From assembly GCA_973895155.1 (NCBI GenBank), contig OZ316893.1, forward strand, positions 27,910,210-27,974,209: a stretch of 64,000 bases of DNA, in the 5' to 3' direction. A program made the translations under genes and the position numbers. The DNA is from Marsupella aquatica (lineage: Eukaryota; Plantae; Marchantiophyta). Shown piece by piece: positions 13,673 to 26,229 of this stretch; position 1 is the first letter of the stretch; each line of letters begins with the position of its first letter. A model generated the notes under the pieces. That model was not told the DNA's origin, did no database searches, and worked only from the letters and a program-made list of their open reading frames with translations.

Positions 13673-14585
13673 TGGGACTCCCCGTACATCATGTGGCTTC
13701 CTGAGCCTGAATCGAAACTAAAGTCTTCCCTGGCTTCTTCCAGGCCAGCATGGGTGTATGCTATGCTATTGAAGCCCATTCCCAGCCCTAAGAATGCCAC
13801 CAACTATCCCTAACTATCAAACCCTTATTGCAGATTTATTTCCATCAGTCTCCAAGGCTGTCCTTGTACATATTTAGGATATATTTGGCCCTTCTCCACA
13901 AGTTTTGCTATCTTGCGCCTCACCTCCTGATTTCTCTATTGAGACTAGCATTGGTTGCGTGAATGAGAGCATTGGAAGCAACTCAAGCTCCTCTTTCCAA
14001 CAAGCTAAGGTCACCCTAACCCGACACCCTCAACATGCTAATCCCCCAGGTAACCCCCAAACCTAGCTAGGCTAAGGTGAGCCCAAACCCAAGCTTATCT
14101 GTGCTAATCCAACTCGCCCAAGCTCAAGCTAACTATGGTGCATTTTCCAATCCTCTAACCACGGAAATTACTATCAATCTGCCGTCTACCATTGGTTTAC
14201 GGCTTGGTGGTATCCGCTTCTACTACTATTGGCCTAGAAAACATGTTAAGCCTCATGTTAAGTCTCATGTTAAGCGTCCTTAGCCACACTTTTTGGAATA
14301 ATTCTTTCACTAGACGTGTGAACAACTGCTGTGCCAACAAATCACCCTTCTCTTTGACTTAATCAAGTATGTTCCCAAGTATGTTTGTATTCCATCCCCA
14401 TGGGCGTCCCACTCTAAAAAATGGAAGTTGCCAAGAAAATCATCATCATACTACTTGTAGAGGAATCTGACAATTTGGATCTCTCCTCTGTTGGAGACTT
14501 TGTGGCTATAGCACTTGTGGATTCCCAAAATTTCAATCACAAGTCCAAAGTAAGTTTTTGGAGGTTTATTTGTGCATGTTTAGTC

Positions 14586-14785
14586 GTTGGATTTGGATAG
14601 TCTCAATCCAAATACTAGTATTGGATTGAGATGGTCCAAATCCAAGAGGGTGGTTTGGATTTGGGCCATCCGAATCCAAGAGTCAGGTTTGGATTCGGAC
14701 CATCCAAGTCCTATATAGCCGTGTTTGGATTTGGACCATCCAAATCCAGGAGGGTGGTTTGGATTCGGATCATCCAAATCCAAGA
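14586..14785. repeat. Array of short palindromic repeats (TTGGATTTGGACCATCCAAATCCAA-like)
   Basis: About 6 degenerate copies; resembles DNA-transposon sub-terminal repeats. Confidence 0.7.
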
Positions 14786-15499
14786 TCCCTCAATCTCACT
14801 TTGTTAGTGGTTTGTTGAAACTAATTTCATGGATTTGAAGTCTAATATGAATTTACACTTTCTGATGCAGGGAGTGACTGGAGAATTCTAGTCAAGCCAT
14901 TTCAACGGCAGACTGCAACAATGGACTCATATTGGAAGACCACGACCTAGGATTTTGATGGGGACTTGAGTTCTCACAAGTAAATTTGTGGTTGCAGTCT
15001 GGACCAACTCACCGTCAAGATCCAATTTTGTGTGCCAAGATCAGGAAAGCCAACAATCAAGCATTGGTCATCAGACCTGCGGTCTTTGTAGGAATGATAG
15101 GAAGATGATTCGAATGAATTCTATCATTGTAGAGGTACCTGACACAATGAGTTGGGCAAAATTTCAGCTCCCATCAAAGGCATTCTCGACCAAGTTCAAT
15201 GTGGAATGGTATGCAAGTGGGGAATTAAGTGTGTTTTAATGGGATTCTTTCCAAAATCCTACACATAGGATTATTGGAGGACTGAAGGGAATGCTTCTAT
15301 TGGACATTCTTTATGGGTTTCCGTATTTGAAACTCAACAAGCTAAACAACCCATCAAAGTTCTTTCCTCCAGCCACATATATGGACTTTAAACAATTTGC
15401 TTGAGAAGCAGGTTTGTTATCACCAGACTCAAATGTTTGGATCGACAAGGCACTAGCCTTTGCAGAAACGCTTGACCTGGAAAAAGCAAATCTATGGGT

Positions 15500-16772
15500 A
15501 CATACAGTCTTTATCGCACGGCTCCAGGCCAAGATTGACGGTTTGAAGGGACAAACCGTCAGTTGGCAAAAGGATCTGGAGGAAGCTGACTCTAGATCTC
15601 AGCGGGACACAGCCGAGATTGACACCCTGAAGATAGAGGTGGCGCGGCTTCAAGGAGAAGCCATGAAACAGGCCCAGTTGGTGGATAAGCTGACGAGCGA
15701 CACCCAACAACTGGAGGAGGCATGCCAGGACGCCGCGGAAGAGGCGGACGCGGCGAAGCGAGAGAACAAATCTCTGCTGGACCAGGTCCAGCTACTCAAG
15801 CAGGACGCCGACAGACTCAGAAGGCAGCGGGATAGCCTCTCCCACTCGGGCGGCTCTGGCAAGCGTGCCAGGCATTAGCGGCGGAGTAGGATTAAAATAG
15901 AGTAGGAGTAGCTAAATTAGGCTATAGGGACAAGCACCTGCCCTAGTTAAAGCAGCACTGCCATGCTGTACAACCTGCATAGATTAGGATCTTCTAATAA
16001 GACAAGCCGTTTTCCGGCCTGACAGCCAGCTTAGTTAGGACCTTAGTTAGCGAATCTTTGGGCGAGAGGGCACTCCGTTCCTCGGCCCTTAGTATTTAGT
16101 GCACCCCTCGGTAGAGGCAGGGGGATTTTTAGTCTCAGTGTTGGACATCCGCGGTATGTGCGGGGAGTCCCGACCTCTGGGAGTGAAAGAGTACCAAGGG
16201 GAGGGTGTAGGACTAAGCTTGTTGGGCGAGTGCGAAGCCGGGCTCCATTGTAGTGTACACCCTCGGCCTCAGACCTGTTCATTCCAGAGCTTTCGGGTCA
16301 ACTAAGTGTACGCATATGTCTCATATGTAGTAAATCCTTTCCCATTATTTCCTTTGTGTAAATCGAGATTGTATGCTTGTGTGTATGTATATGTGTGAAT
16401 CTCGTGTATAGGTGCCAACGCTTGACCGAATGCACTACCCATGCAAGTCGTGCACGGGGTGCAGCTTGCGAGTAAGTGGTTGCGAGCCCGGGTTGAGTAC
16501 CCATACCATCGAATCCGGATCGAAGGCGGACAACATGAAGGCTTAGAAGCCCGTAACCCGGGGTCGATCCTGCTATCGACTGAGGTACGTTCCGGCGGCG
16601 GAACACAAACCATACCTAAGAGGTGTCCGTATATGACAATAGACGCACTTAGCGCTAGTTTATGTGAGTTAGGTGCATTTCGTGCCTCCCTCCCTGCCCG
16701 AACCCTCATTTCTGACGAAGGATGTGCCTGTCTAAGCCGCAGTCCAGTTAAGGCCTAGGCTGACAACGTGAC
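15500..16772 (+). mobile_element. Truncated copy of the ORF-carrying LTR-like unit (same family as 18510-22426, opposite orientation)
   Basis: The coiled-coil ORF end (…WQKDLEEA…GSGKRARH) is nearly identical to 19384-19815. The terminus GGCTGACAACGTGACA is the reverse complement of TGTCACGTCGTCAGCC at 18510. The left boundary is approximate. Confidence 0.8.
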
Positions 16773-17480
16773 ATGTGGGATCTGCATCCCTAAGTAGAGT
16801 GACATCTCTTACTCTGCGTCCAGTGACTGCCTAAGCCTTTGTCACTCTCTTGGTGACAGTGATCAATCTGCGCATACAAGTGTATGCCTCACATAGACTC
16901 TCTCTAGTTGTAAGCTGGAACTCTTGGAGACCTTCAACTTATCAGTTCTCACACCCTGATAGTTCTGCTTCAGTACCTCAAAGAATTCCACCACAGGGTT
17001 GAATGCTGGCGCAACTCCAGTTCCTGTCACAATCACACTGGCAGGAGTAGTGGTGGATGTTGCTAGAGTGCTGTTGGTGGATGGTGTGCCACTCTGGCTA
17101 GTGCTGGTAGAAGAAGTAACAGTTGTGGCAATGGGTTGGGCAGCCGCACTAGTGCCATAAGTGATGGACACGTAATTAGGTGACTATTGCTGTCTCCATG
17201 CCTCAATCTCAACCAAATGAGCCTTCCAAAACTCATGGTAGTTATCCATAGGTGGCCCCTCCAAATGCTGAAATAATCCTTTCCATGCCATGAAAGGGGT
17301 AAACAACGTGGCATTATGCAATGTCTGCATATCGCACCATGTATCAAACTCCTGGATGAAGTCATCCAGATCAATTGTGCCAACTGCACCAGAGTATCGT
17401 CGTGGGCCCTTTGTAGCCCCGTACATCTCGTCCATATTCCACAACAACTCGGGGGGGTCACTATATGGAGGGTCATACAT
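16773..17480 (-). pseudogene. LTR-retrotransposon gag-like remnant
   Basis: YSGAVGTIDLDDFIQEFDTWCD…LFQHLEGPPMDNY resembles the capsid N-terminal region of retrotransposon Gag. It is disrupted by stops/frameshifts and by the 16772 junction. Confidence 0.6.
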
Positions 17481-18509
17481 CGCGTGCGACGTTTTAGGGT
17501 TTGACCCCCCTAACTTTAAAGTGAAAAATATTTTTTTGCAAAGCCCTTTCTTTCTTAAAATTTTGTCATTTTTTATTAAAAAACCCCTAAAAACTTTATA
17601 GAAAGTATTTTTTGCAATTAAATAGGCCTATGTGTTCTTTAAAGTCAACCAATCAATAAAACATGCCCTATGTGTTCTTCCACCAAACTTTGGAAGTCTT
17701 CCGCCACACCCATTTAAATGGGCCTATACTTCGTCGCACGTGATGTGTCACTTCCGTGGAAGTGACCCCCCCGAGCACAACAAAGGTGCAACCACCTGAT
17801 GACGAGGAGAACTGGTCACTAAGTCCTCATCAAAATCACTATCTGAAGCTGCACTGCTAACTGCTACCAATGCCGCTGGCCAAAACTGTGCCCCACTCCG
17901 AGTGAAATCGGTCCGTCGTCCATCGGGTAACCCAACAGCACTATAAGAATCTATGGTGACCAACCTAACCTAATCTATGTGCTAACCCTAAGGGCAATCT
18001 GTCCCTGTTAGCACCACAAGCACTCATCATGGTGTGTTGGGCATCACTCCAACATCACCAGGAGAGAAATACGTAGCACAACTAGAATGTCCGGTTGTAA
18101 ACCCGGATCATTCATATGGAATCAAGCGCCCACGCCAAACTAACATGGCGCATAAACAGGAAGCATATGTGGAGAGGATCCAATCAACAAGAAGAGATCC
18201 ACAATAACTCTCCACATCAAGAGTGATCATACATCAATCAAGCGATGTTCATAATGTTCAATGTAGGGCCTTCATAATAGGCTTCTCAATGTTCAATATC
18301 GTAGCTAAGGACCCATGCACAATTGGTTCAATCCATGCATCTAGGTGGATTCAGAAGTATCAAAAACCCTAAGAGAGCTTATGATTTGGTCCAAAATGAC
18401 AATCTAAACAAACCAGAATGTGTATAAAATGCCTAAATGCTCCTTTCATTAACATCAAAGTGGAAAGGAGTCTGTGTACACAAAAGAATTTAAGAACCAC
18501 ATAGTTAAG

Positions 18510-21500
18510 TGTCACGTCGTCAGCCTAGGCCTTAACCCAGTCTTTGGCTTAGACAGGCACATCCTTTGTGAGTATGAGGGTTTGGGCAAGGAGGGTCGCA
18601 CGAAATGTTCATAATTCACGTAAACTAGCGCTAAGTGCACTTACTGTTATACACCTCCTAGGTATAGTTTGTGTTCCACCGCCGGAACGTACCTTAGTCG
18701 ACACGGGGTTGACCCCGGCTCACGGACTTCTAAGCCTTCGTGTTACCGCCTTCGATCCGGATCCGTTAGTACAAGAGCTCAACCCGGGCTCGCAACCCCG
18801 TACCCGTATCCTGCACCCCGTGCATGGTTGGCATAATGTGTTTGGCTCGGCATTGATACTTGCACACGAGACTCATACATGCATACATAACAGAAATCTC
18901 AATTTACACGAAGGAATTTAAGGAGAAAGGATTTCATTCATTCATGATCATACACTTTATGATTGGTTGACCTGACACCTCGTGAACAACCGGGCCCAAG
19001 GCCGAGGAGTATACACTACAACAAAGCCCGGCTCCGCACTCGCCCAACGAGCTTAGTCGTATACCCTCCCCTTGGTACTCCGGTACTTCACCGAGTTTGG
19101 GATTCCCCGTGCGTACTGTGAATGGCCAACTTCTGAGTCTAAAATCCCCCTCCCTAACCTCTACTAGGGGGGACGCTAAATACTAAGGGCTGAGGACCGG
19201 CCTGGCCTCCTGCCCAAATCTATGCTAACTTATATCCCTACTAAGCTGGTGCTTGCTTGTCCTATTAGTCTAACCTATTCTACACAGGCTGGCTAATGTG
19301 TCAGCGCCGCTATCTTCTGGCCGGCACTTGTCCTACCAACCTGTTTTAGCTACTCCTAAGTCTATTCTAAGCCTAACCCTCCGCTAATGTCTGGTGCGCT
19401 TGCCAGAGCCGTCCGAGTGGGAGCGGCCATCCCGCTGCCTACGGAGTCTGTCGTTGTCCGCCTTGAGGAGCTGGACTTGGTCCAACAGAGATTCATTTTC
19501 TCGCTTTGCCGCGTCTGTCTCCTCAGCTGCCTCCTGGCATGCCTCTTCTAGTTGCTGGGCGTTGCTCGTCAGCTTGTCCACCACCTGGGTCTGTTTCTCG
19601 GCTTTGGCTTGAAGCCGTGCTACTTCGGCCTGCAGGGTGGCAATCTCCGTAGTGTCAAGCTGGGCCTGCTCTTTGGCCTCCTCTAGGTCTTTCTGCCAGA
19701 TGACAGTTTGGCTCTTCAAACTGTCAACCTGGGTCCGGAGCTGTGCAATCTCGGCCTCCTTCCCGGTTTTGGCTTGTTCGGCCAAGGCGGTAAGGGCATG
19801 CGCATTTGCTAACAACTCATCGGTGACTGCAACCTTGGGTCATAGTTGCAGAATCTCCACCTCTTGAGCTGCAACTTCATCCTTTAGGTACACGGATTCA
19901 ACCCGGTACCGCTCTATCCGCTGAAGGGCTTCCGACTGAGCCCGACCTGCTTTTACTACGGTAACCAACTCTTGATTGAAGAAGTAGGCTACCTTCCGAG
20001 CCATGAACTCCCCGGTATCCTGGGCTATCTGTTGGGAGAAATCTCCCAAAAGCCCATTTAGAAATGTACCCGGTACGAAGAGTCCTGGGTGGTCTAGGTT
20101 ATGCCCGTCCGGAGTTGGGCACGGGCAGACGTTAACTCGCGTGGAAGCCGGGGTAGTGACATCCAGCCCTGGGGATGTAGTGTTGGAAGGGGCTGGAGTG
20201 TCCTCCTCCACCATCAGCCGGCCTCTAGAATAGCCATTGGTGGGTCTTATGGACCTTCGGGCTCGGGCAAGGCCTTCACCGCCCCGACTTCTGCACCAGG
20301 CCCGGCCTGGTTGATTGCGTCTAAGGTTGCGATCACTGCCTCTTCCGGTACTTCTTCGGCCACGGCTACCGCTACCTGTGGAGGTTGGATGGGTGAGGCC
20401 TGCGTCACCGCCGAACTTTGGGCCTCGGGTTGAGGCCTTCTCTCAAAGGCCGGGAAGATCCACTTAGTCGGGACCAACTTAGATACGTTGACTCGGGGAA
20501 GGGTTCGTCGATCAAACCAGGCGTACCACTCGAGAATGATCTCGATGTGGCTCGTGAAATACGCTTTCCCACCGATGTATAGCGACTTCCTTCGCCGCTC
20601 CATCTCTTCATGGAACTTCTTAGCGAAGTACGAAGCCCACTTCCTAGGTCGATAGTTCTCAACCTGGATAACCTGGGCAGTGGAGATCTCGCTTCGGGGT
20701 TCCATCATGTGGAGGGCATACCTTTGGAACTCCAATCGCTCAACTATCTTGGGGATGAGGCAGGTCCTCATCACAAACCCGTTGTCCACTGACCCCTCGG
20801 AGGGAAAACTCGAGGATTGGTACTTGGCTCCCTTGCCCCCGGGAGCCCGTGATTCGACTCGGTGATCATCCTGAGCCGTTCCTCTATGAGGGACATATTC
20901 CTCCCCCGCAGCCGAGTATGTTGACGGATGTCATCATAATTCTTGACGAACTCTGCCATATCCTCCCCGTAGTATCTGCAGGTGTTCCAGGGGAGAGAGG
21001 CGAGGTGCTCGAACCCCTGAGTCTTCAAGTACACCGCATGTTTGGGGTGGAGGATGTTCTTATGCATGTTTTCCCCCATGCGGTGCATTGTTACCTTGGC
21101 CGCGGCTACCGTGGCCATGGATAGCCCGGTATAGCTGCGGGTTCCTTCCTCTTCCTTCCCCGAGACTGGCTCGGGGAGGGTGACACCTCCCCATCCTCTC
21201 GATCGTGTGTAGGTAGTGCCACTACCGTTAGTATTGGAGCCGGGGCAGCTACGGTCACCGTGTTGTCCGTTGGAGCCGCTACTCTGGTCCGGGCCTGGGG
21301 AAGGGGCGATATAGTGCCGGCTCCCTGGGTACTTACTCCTCTAGGCTGCCTGAGCAGGGGAAGGTAGCCTCTTTGTCGTTGTTGAGGTCCATAGCGTTGA
21401 TGATGGATCTCACCTATAGGGGCGGGGGTTGGCTAAGCTGAGGCGGAGCCTGAGCCTGAGCTGGTGCTGGTGCAAGCACGGCTGGGCTGGCACCGGTGGT

Positions 21501-22426
21501 CGATGGTGTGGTTGCCATGAAATTCTGTAGGTGTCGGTAGAGGTTTTCTGACGCAAGTGTAGGCGCCCTTGTAGATCGGGTAGCGCTGGACTCGCTGTTG
21601 ATGATGTCTCAGACCCGAGCGGAGATGTGGTCAAAGTGGTGCCGTTGTAAGTCGATCGTGCCCGGGATATTGAAGACCTCATCCGGGAGCCAAAGCAATG
21701 CCTCCCAGAAGCCGATATATTTGCCTCCGTCGAAGAAGTACCCTGATATTTCTTTGGGTCGGTAAAGCTCGCTCTGGGATGGGTAATCAAAGTTAAGGAG
21801 ATAGTGATGGCGGCCTGCTAGGCGGATGGCTCTCTCATACTCGTGTTTGATCTCGTATCGTCGTGGGTTGGCGTGTTTCAACGAGTCGGCCAAGTGCCCT
21901 CCGATAGACAGGAACTACGTCCAAAATTGTATGGCCAAACTAGAAAAGATTGTGTGCGACATTCAGAGGAGATGGAAGGCGACTAAGGATAAGCAAGAGA
22001 ACTGGGGTCAAAGCTGGCGCGTGGTTTGAAGAACTGGTGCACTGCAAAGGATCAGCCCCCTTTTTATACCCTGAGAGCTCGTCGATCGCTCGTCGCCTCC
22101 TCGTTGCTTATAGGTTGAGACTTTCACGCTTACAGTGTACCGGCCACTCCGCCAGTCCGGGTCAGTGCGTGTCAGTGGCCGCCTCCCGAAATCCGTTATA
22201 CGGACCCGAGGGGAAAGAGTGGAGGGCCCATTACATGCTCGCAACCCGAGCGTGCAAATGGCGACCCGCCGCCAGCCTGAACATGAATGCCCCTTATTGA
22301 CTAATGATTTCCTACTCATAATGGCTACCTAAATACTGTCGTTATGCTAATAATTACGGTCTAAGATACCCCCAACGCGCGTGTTAGGCCGAATCACTCA
22401 TTACCCACCGTACCGGTGGCGTCACA
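18510..22426 (-). mobile_element. 3.9-kb solo-LTR-like unit (TG...CA, TSD TTAAG) with internal frameshifted ORF
   Basis: Starts TGTCACG and ends CGTCACA; TTAAG lies at 18505-18509 and 22427-22431. Minus-strand ORF pieces span 21893 to 19384 (PMD/transposon-protein-like segment, then coiled coil). No gag/pol is present. Confidence 0.85.
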
Positions 22427-22470
22427 TTAAGCGCGTGGGGAAGGAATAGCTTTGGGATGGGTGACCTCTC
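22427..22470 (+). promoter_or_regulatory. 5S rRNA-derived internal Pol III promoter-like segment (A box split by the 18510-22426 insertion)
   Basis: Rejoining 18495-18509 to 22432-22470 gives AACCACATAGTTAAGCGCGTGGGGAAGGAATAGCTTTGGGATGGGTGACCTCTC, similar to the 5S A box (AGTTAAGCG) and C box (GGATGGGTGAC). Confidence 0.6.
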
Positions 22471-22639
22471 ACTTGTAGTTATGCACCAAATTGGCCGCTC
22501 CAAAATCAGCAACTTGCAACTACTCCTCACATACCAGCAAGTTGGCTTGCTAGCCCGCCCACTCCTGCTCCGCCCTCACGCCCCTCGTCCTGAGTAACCA
22601 TGAGTTGCCTTGAAGCCTCAAAATGCCGAGATGAGCCAA

Positions 22640-22960
22640 AGAGTGAGCCCTTCACGCCCGCTATGCCAGACCCAACTTCCAGATTCGGCAACATCCACAC
22701 TTTGGCCTCGAGTTTCCTTCACAGAAAGACAGCGCATCGGTGCACTGCCCTGTCGTAACGAATCCGCGATCCAGCCCTCGCAAAATGGGCAACATTCCCG
22801 AGCCCGCAACGCTTCACTACGCCGGACCCAACTTCCACATTCGGCAACATCCACACTTTAGCCTTGAGTTTCCTTTATAGAAAGAGAGCGCGTCGGCGCA
22901 CTACCCTGTCGTAATGAATCCGCGATCCAGCCCTCGCGAAATGGGCAACATTCCCGAGTC
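22640..22960. repeat. Diverged direct tandem duplication (~155-160 bp)
   Basis: GACCCAACTTCCA(G/C)ATTCGGCAACATCCACACTTT…TCCGCGATCCAGCCCTCGC…AATGGGCAACATTCCCGAG occurs twice. Confidence 0.75.
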
Positions 22961-25614
22961 GTTTCACTTCGCAAACATGCACGCGATAGTGCCTCTGACT
23001 GCGCTACTGATCAGCAGCAGCCCGCATCCGCTACCAAACAACAACATTCAAAGTTCTATTTCTTCAACAAAATGCAGAGGTCGACATGCAAGTTCTGCAA
23101 AATTGCTATAGTTGTTGCACGATTCAACAACATCTGTGGCTGTTTCCCTTGCGAAAACAGCAGATCGGCCCAACAGATCTGCATACGACGATGATGCAAG
23201 CCCGATCTATCAACATCCGCACCTCAAGAGGCCCGATCTACTTCACAAAAATGCGAACAGCAGCATACTGTTCGTCGAATGGCAGCACAGATCAGACACA
23301 AACTTCTCAACACCAACTATAGCGAATCAAAATACCGGCAATCCACTCCACGATCCGAGGTACCACAGATCAAAACAACAGCTTCACAGCTCCAATTGAT
23401 TCGATCTACCGCAAATTGTCAATGACAAACTCAGACTGAGCTTCTGTCCGCACAATAGAGTTTGAAGCTCCTGATCGATCTTTCAATGTAATCTTCTCAA
23501 CAATCGGCACAACGATCTCGGTCAACAATACCCCATCAATCCCGCACCGATCCGATCACACATGTATGTCAAGCCAACGCACCTTGCACTACTCAAAGAA
23601 TCCACGTTACACAAGCGGAGCTCACAGCCACCATAGCCACACTCAAGCTCCTCTCTCTCCAAGGCTCAACATTGAAAGATGACCTTTCAATGCCTCACAA
23701 GAGAGAAGTACCCTCTCACTCAAACCTAATGGAACCTTATCGGCTCATATAACACACATACCAAACATACGGATCTAGATAGTACGATACACTCTAACAT
23801 TACCTAGAATGGTGTGACATTGTCGAACCTCCATATGTTCGATTCAAGACATCGGACATCTCTTCCAGCATGTCACTTTCTTCAAGTAGTTGGGTGATAT
23901 GATTGGCAAGGACATCTTCAATGTCATCATCAGACAATGCCCAATCAGCTGTCCACTATTTGAATTGAGCACTGAGCACGTTCCATAAGGAACACAGAGA
24001 ATTTCCAAAAGGACCATAGGATGAAAATTTGTGTTTGACCCTAGAGAGAAGGACAATGAAGCGAGAGTGTGAATTTCTATCTCGAGGCAACATAGATCAT
24101 ATACACATAGTCCAATCAACAATTCCACATTGTTCAAACCCAATATGATTTTGTGCCAATTTCTGAACCCACCCATGGCTTGAAAGAAGTGTGCCATTGA
24201 TTGAACGGAGCAATATCAGCTGAAACTCTCGTGAGATGGACAGATTCAATTGCACAGACAATTGCGTCCAAGAGCAAAATGCCAAGGCCAGGGCACAGAG
24301 GAGCGCAAATTTGTGAAATTGGATGCAATAATTCATGCCAACAAGAGGTCAAGGGAAGTATGTCCAATGCACAAGCTGGTGCAAGCTTACGCAATAATTC
24401 CTTGAGAGAGTAGACTGGAGCAAAAGCACCACAAACGACCATGTGCCTCGCCTATAAAGTAACATGTGTCCATGTCATATAGCTCATGGAAACTATCCTG
24501 TAACGGGTGGGGTTGGGGGTGGGTTCTGACAAACCCCGTGAAGCATATAGCACATCCCAATAATAGCTGGGTCATTGCGCTCTATTAAGGTATAAAGGAA
24601 CCCCGTCAGCGTTGGAGATGCTCTTATGGGAGCACTCAGGAGAACTTGAACGATCATAATAAGGAGGAAGTTCGGAATGACCGAAGCAGGCTTTGCAGGT
24701 TTGCGAAAGTCACAACAAGATTTTTTTTAGTAATTTATCTGTTTCTCAGAATCTGCTGTCGAAGGCCTTGGTACTTCAGATCGGGCTTCGGATTTCGCGG
24801 ACGATGTCGAGATTCCTCGAGGCTTCGCTTCTGCAGAGGAGATGAAGCAATTGCATCGAATCTTCATAGTTCCGCGGGCGGCTCGTGCAGCCCTCGATTA
24901 GCCGTGATCGGATGAAGGCCTCCTGTATTTCAAATTTTACGGACAATGTGAGCTTCCTCGGGGCTTCGTTCCCGAGGAGGAGATGGAGCAATTTCTTTGA
25001 ATCTTCGTAATTCCGCGGGCGGCTCGTGGAGCCCTCAAATTGCACACGACAACTTATTGCACTCTTACACGTAATCAAGTTGTGTATAGCTCGCATCATG
25101 TACTCATTTTGCTCTCTGCCATGTCCTTCCCCTGCCACTGTCGTTCTTCACATCAGCCTCTTCAAGCTCATTTCGTCACTTTGGATACCATCCTCTTGCC
25201 TTGGTTCATCGTACGCACTCTGAGGCGGTTCACCCTCATGCTGGTTAGGTCGTAGTGCAAGGCGAGGCTCTATATTTCTTTGAGTTGTTTTTTGTCATCT
25301 CAGTCGCTGACACTCGATTGTGGGATAGGATCCCTCTGCCAAGCGGTTCTTCCCACTTACGTAGTCTTGATTTGAAGTCACTGTGGAGAGTCCAATCCCG
25401 TGTTCACTTTCTTCTTGTTGATGACAGAGACATTCGATTGATGAGGTTAGGACCCTTGGTTAATCTACCGCTGGGTGTGCCAAATGCCCATATCATCAGG
25501 TCAGTTTGCTTCCGATAGAAGGATATAATCCTGATTGTAGACCCTTCTCTCGGGTAAGTCCGTGCTACTGGGAATTGTAAGTGCACCTCGATCAATTTCA
25601 GGGATTGAAATAAG

Positions 25615-26229
25615 ATGTCAACTTTCGACAAGCGATCTCTGGAGTTCAACATCGTGTCTGCCAATGACCTGAAGAAGGTGAAGAGCTTCGGCAAGCAGAG
25701 CTGTTTTGTTGTGGTCTATGTTAACCCTTCTCAAAAAATGTCCACTAAGGTAGACCGAGTAGGTGGCAGGAACCCGTGTTGGAACTCCAAGCTGATTGTC
25801 ACATGCGACGAGCAGATGTTCATCAAGTCCGGTTCATACATCACCGTGGAGATATACTGCTCAGGGCGTATCACCAACAAACTCGTGGGCACTGTCTCTA
25901 TTCCCTTGCATGAAGTTGGCAGAGATGGAAAGTCCGGTGCCACCAAGCCCCAGGTCATGGCGTACCAAGTGCAGAGGCGTTCAGGAAAGATTCAGGGGGT
26001 GCTCAATATGGCTGTGAAACTCGGGGAGAAGAGAACCGTTTCGACTTTGCCTGCCCCTCGTGTTTATGGTAAGCAGCAGGCCAGAAGCGGTTCAGGTCTT
26101 CCGACTTTCCCTCACTACTCTCAGCAATCTTATGGATCTCAGCAGCAGTACTACGCCTATGGTAGTCTTCAGCCGCACAGCTACGGAGGCCATCAGCAAG
26201 CCATGTGGCGGTCTACTCCTCAGTTTTGA
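25615..26229 (+). CDS. C2-domain protein, SRC2/BAP-like, with Q/Y/G-rich tail
   Basis: LEFNIVSANDLKKV…STKVDRVGGRNPCWN…ITVEIY…KLVGTVSIPL…YQVQRRSGKIQGVLNMAVKLG is a plant SRC2-type C2 domain; 204 aa, intact. Confidence 0.85.
   Translation: MSTFDKRSLEFNIVSANDLKKVKSFGKQSCFVVVYVNPSQKMSTKVDRVGGRNPCWNSKLIVTCDEQMFIKSGSYITVEIYCSGRITNKLVGTVSIPLHEVGRDGKSGATKPQVMAYQVQRRSGKIQGVLNMAVKLGEKRTVSTLPAPRVYGKQQARSGSGLPTFPHYSQQSYGSQQQYYAYGSLQPHSYGGHQQAMWRSTPQF

Noticed and set aside
15500-19800. Large inverted repeat suggesting a TIR element spanning 15.5-19.8 kb
   Set aside because: Better explained by two independent, diverged insertions of the same LTR-like family in opposite orientation; the right one has its own TSD.
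23844-24575. Overlapping short minus-strand ORFs, possibly a decayed gene
   Set aside because: No recognisable motif and no consistent frame.
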